Shown here in pieces: positions 63,889 through 64,000 of a stretch of DNA of 64,000 bases (positions are counted from its first letter, which is position 1; every line of letters starts with the position of its first letter). Origin of the DNA: Phoronis australis (lineage: Eukaryota; Animalia; Phoronida); NCBI GenBank assembly GCA_002633005.1, contig NMRA01000445.1, positions 126,471 to 190,470 of the forward strand, written 5' to 3'. The notes under the pieces are model-generated. The model was not told the DNA's origin and ran no database searches. It saw only the letters and a list, made by a program, of their open reading frames with translations. The position numbers were made by a program, and so were the translations under genes.

Positions 63889-64000
63889 ATGGATCCCAGT
63901 GAGTACAGCAGCGTAGATGAAGAATATTTTGAAAGATACAGGGAGGGTCAGGTGGAGTTTTCAGACGATTCTGACGTTTCGGATGTGGAGGAGGAGGCGA
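63889..64000 (+). CDS. Possible start of an acidic N-terminal ORF running off the window (gene or transposon protein)
   Basis: Open frame MDPSEYSSVDEEYFERYREGQVEFSDDSDVSDVEEEA to the window end. Only 37 codons are visible. Confidence 0.35.
   Translation, partial: MDPSEYSSVDEEYFERYREGQVEFSDDSDVSDVEEEA

Overview
Eukaryotic (animal, probably marine invertebrate) genomic DNA, AT-rich, with GT-AG introns. The species cannot be determined from sequence alone. Five spliced protein-coding genes can be reconstructed. (1) + strand, a 454-aa type-I membrane protein with two thrombospondin type-1 repeats and a tyrosine-motif-rich tail (84-8883). (2) + strand, SSR2/TRAP-beta (13760-16935). (3) - strand, a Lines/LINS1 homologue (25729-18485); one exon carries a 379-bp haplotype-type duplication at an N. 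(4) + strand, OSTF1 (26809-36096), head-to-head with Lines. (5) - strand, an unrecognised ~2,230-aa protein encoded almost entirely by one 6.6-kb exon with internal repeats (46475-39301). The last ~13.5 kb is a nest of decayed transposons: an RTE 3' fragment, another LINE fragment, a full-length decayed L1/Tx1-type LINE with an 8-bp TSD, a THAP-bearing Kolobok-like insertion inside it, a Harbinger MITE and several other MITEs. The most unusual observations are a perfect 53-bp inverted copy of Lines coding sequence just downstream of the Lines stop codon, the orphan giant-exon protein, the TSP1 receptor-like protein, and a dimeric G-rich mini-element family. All gene models were built by eye from splice signals, phase and motif recognition; no database searches were run.
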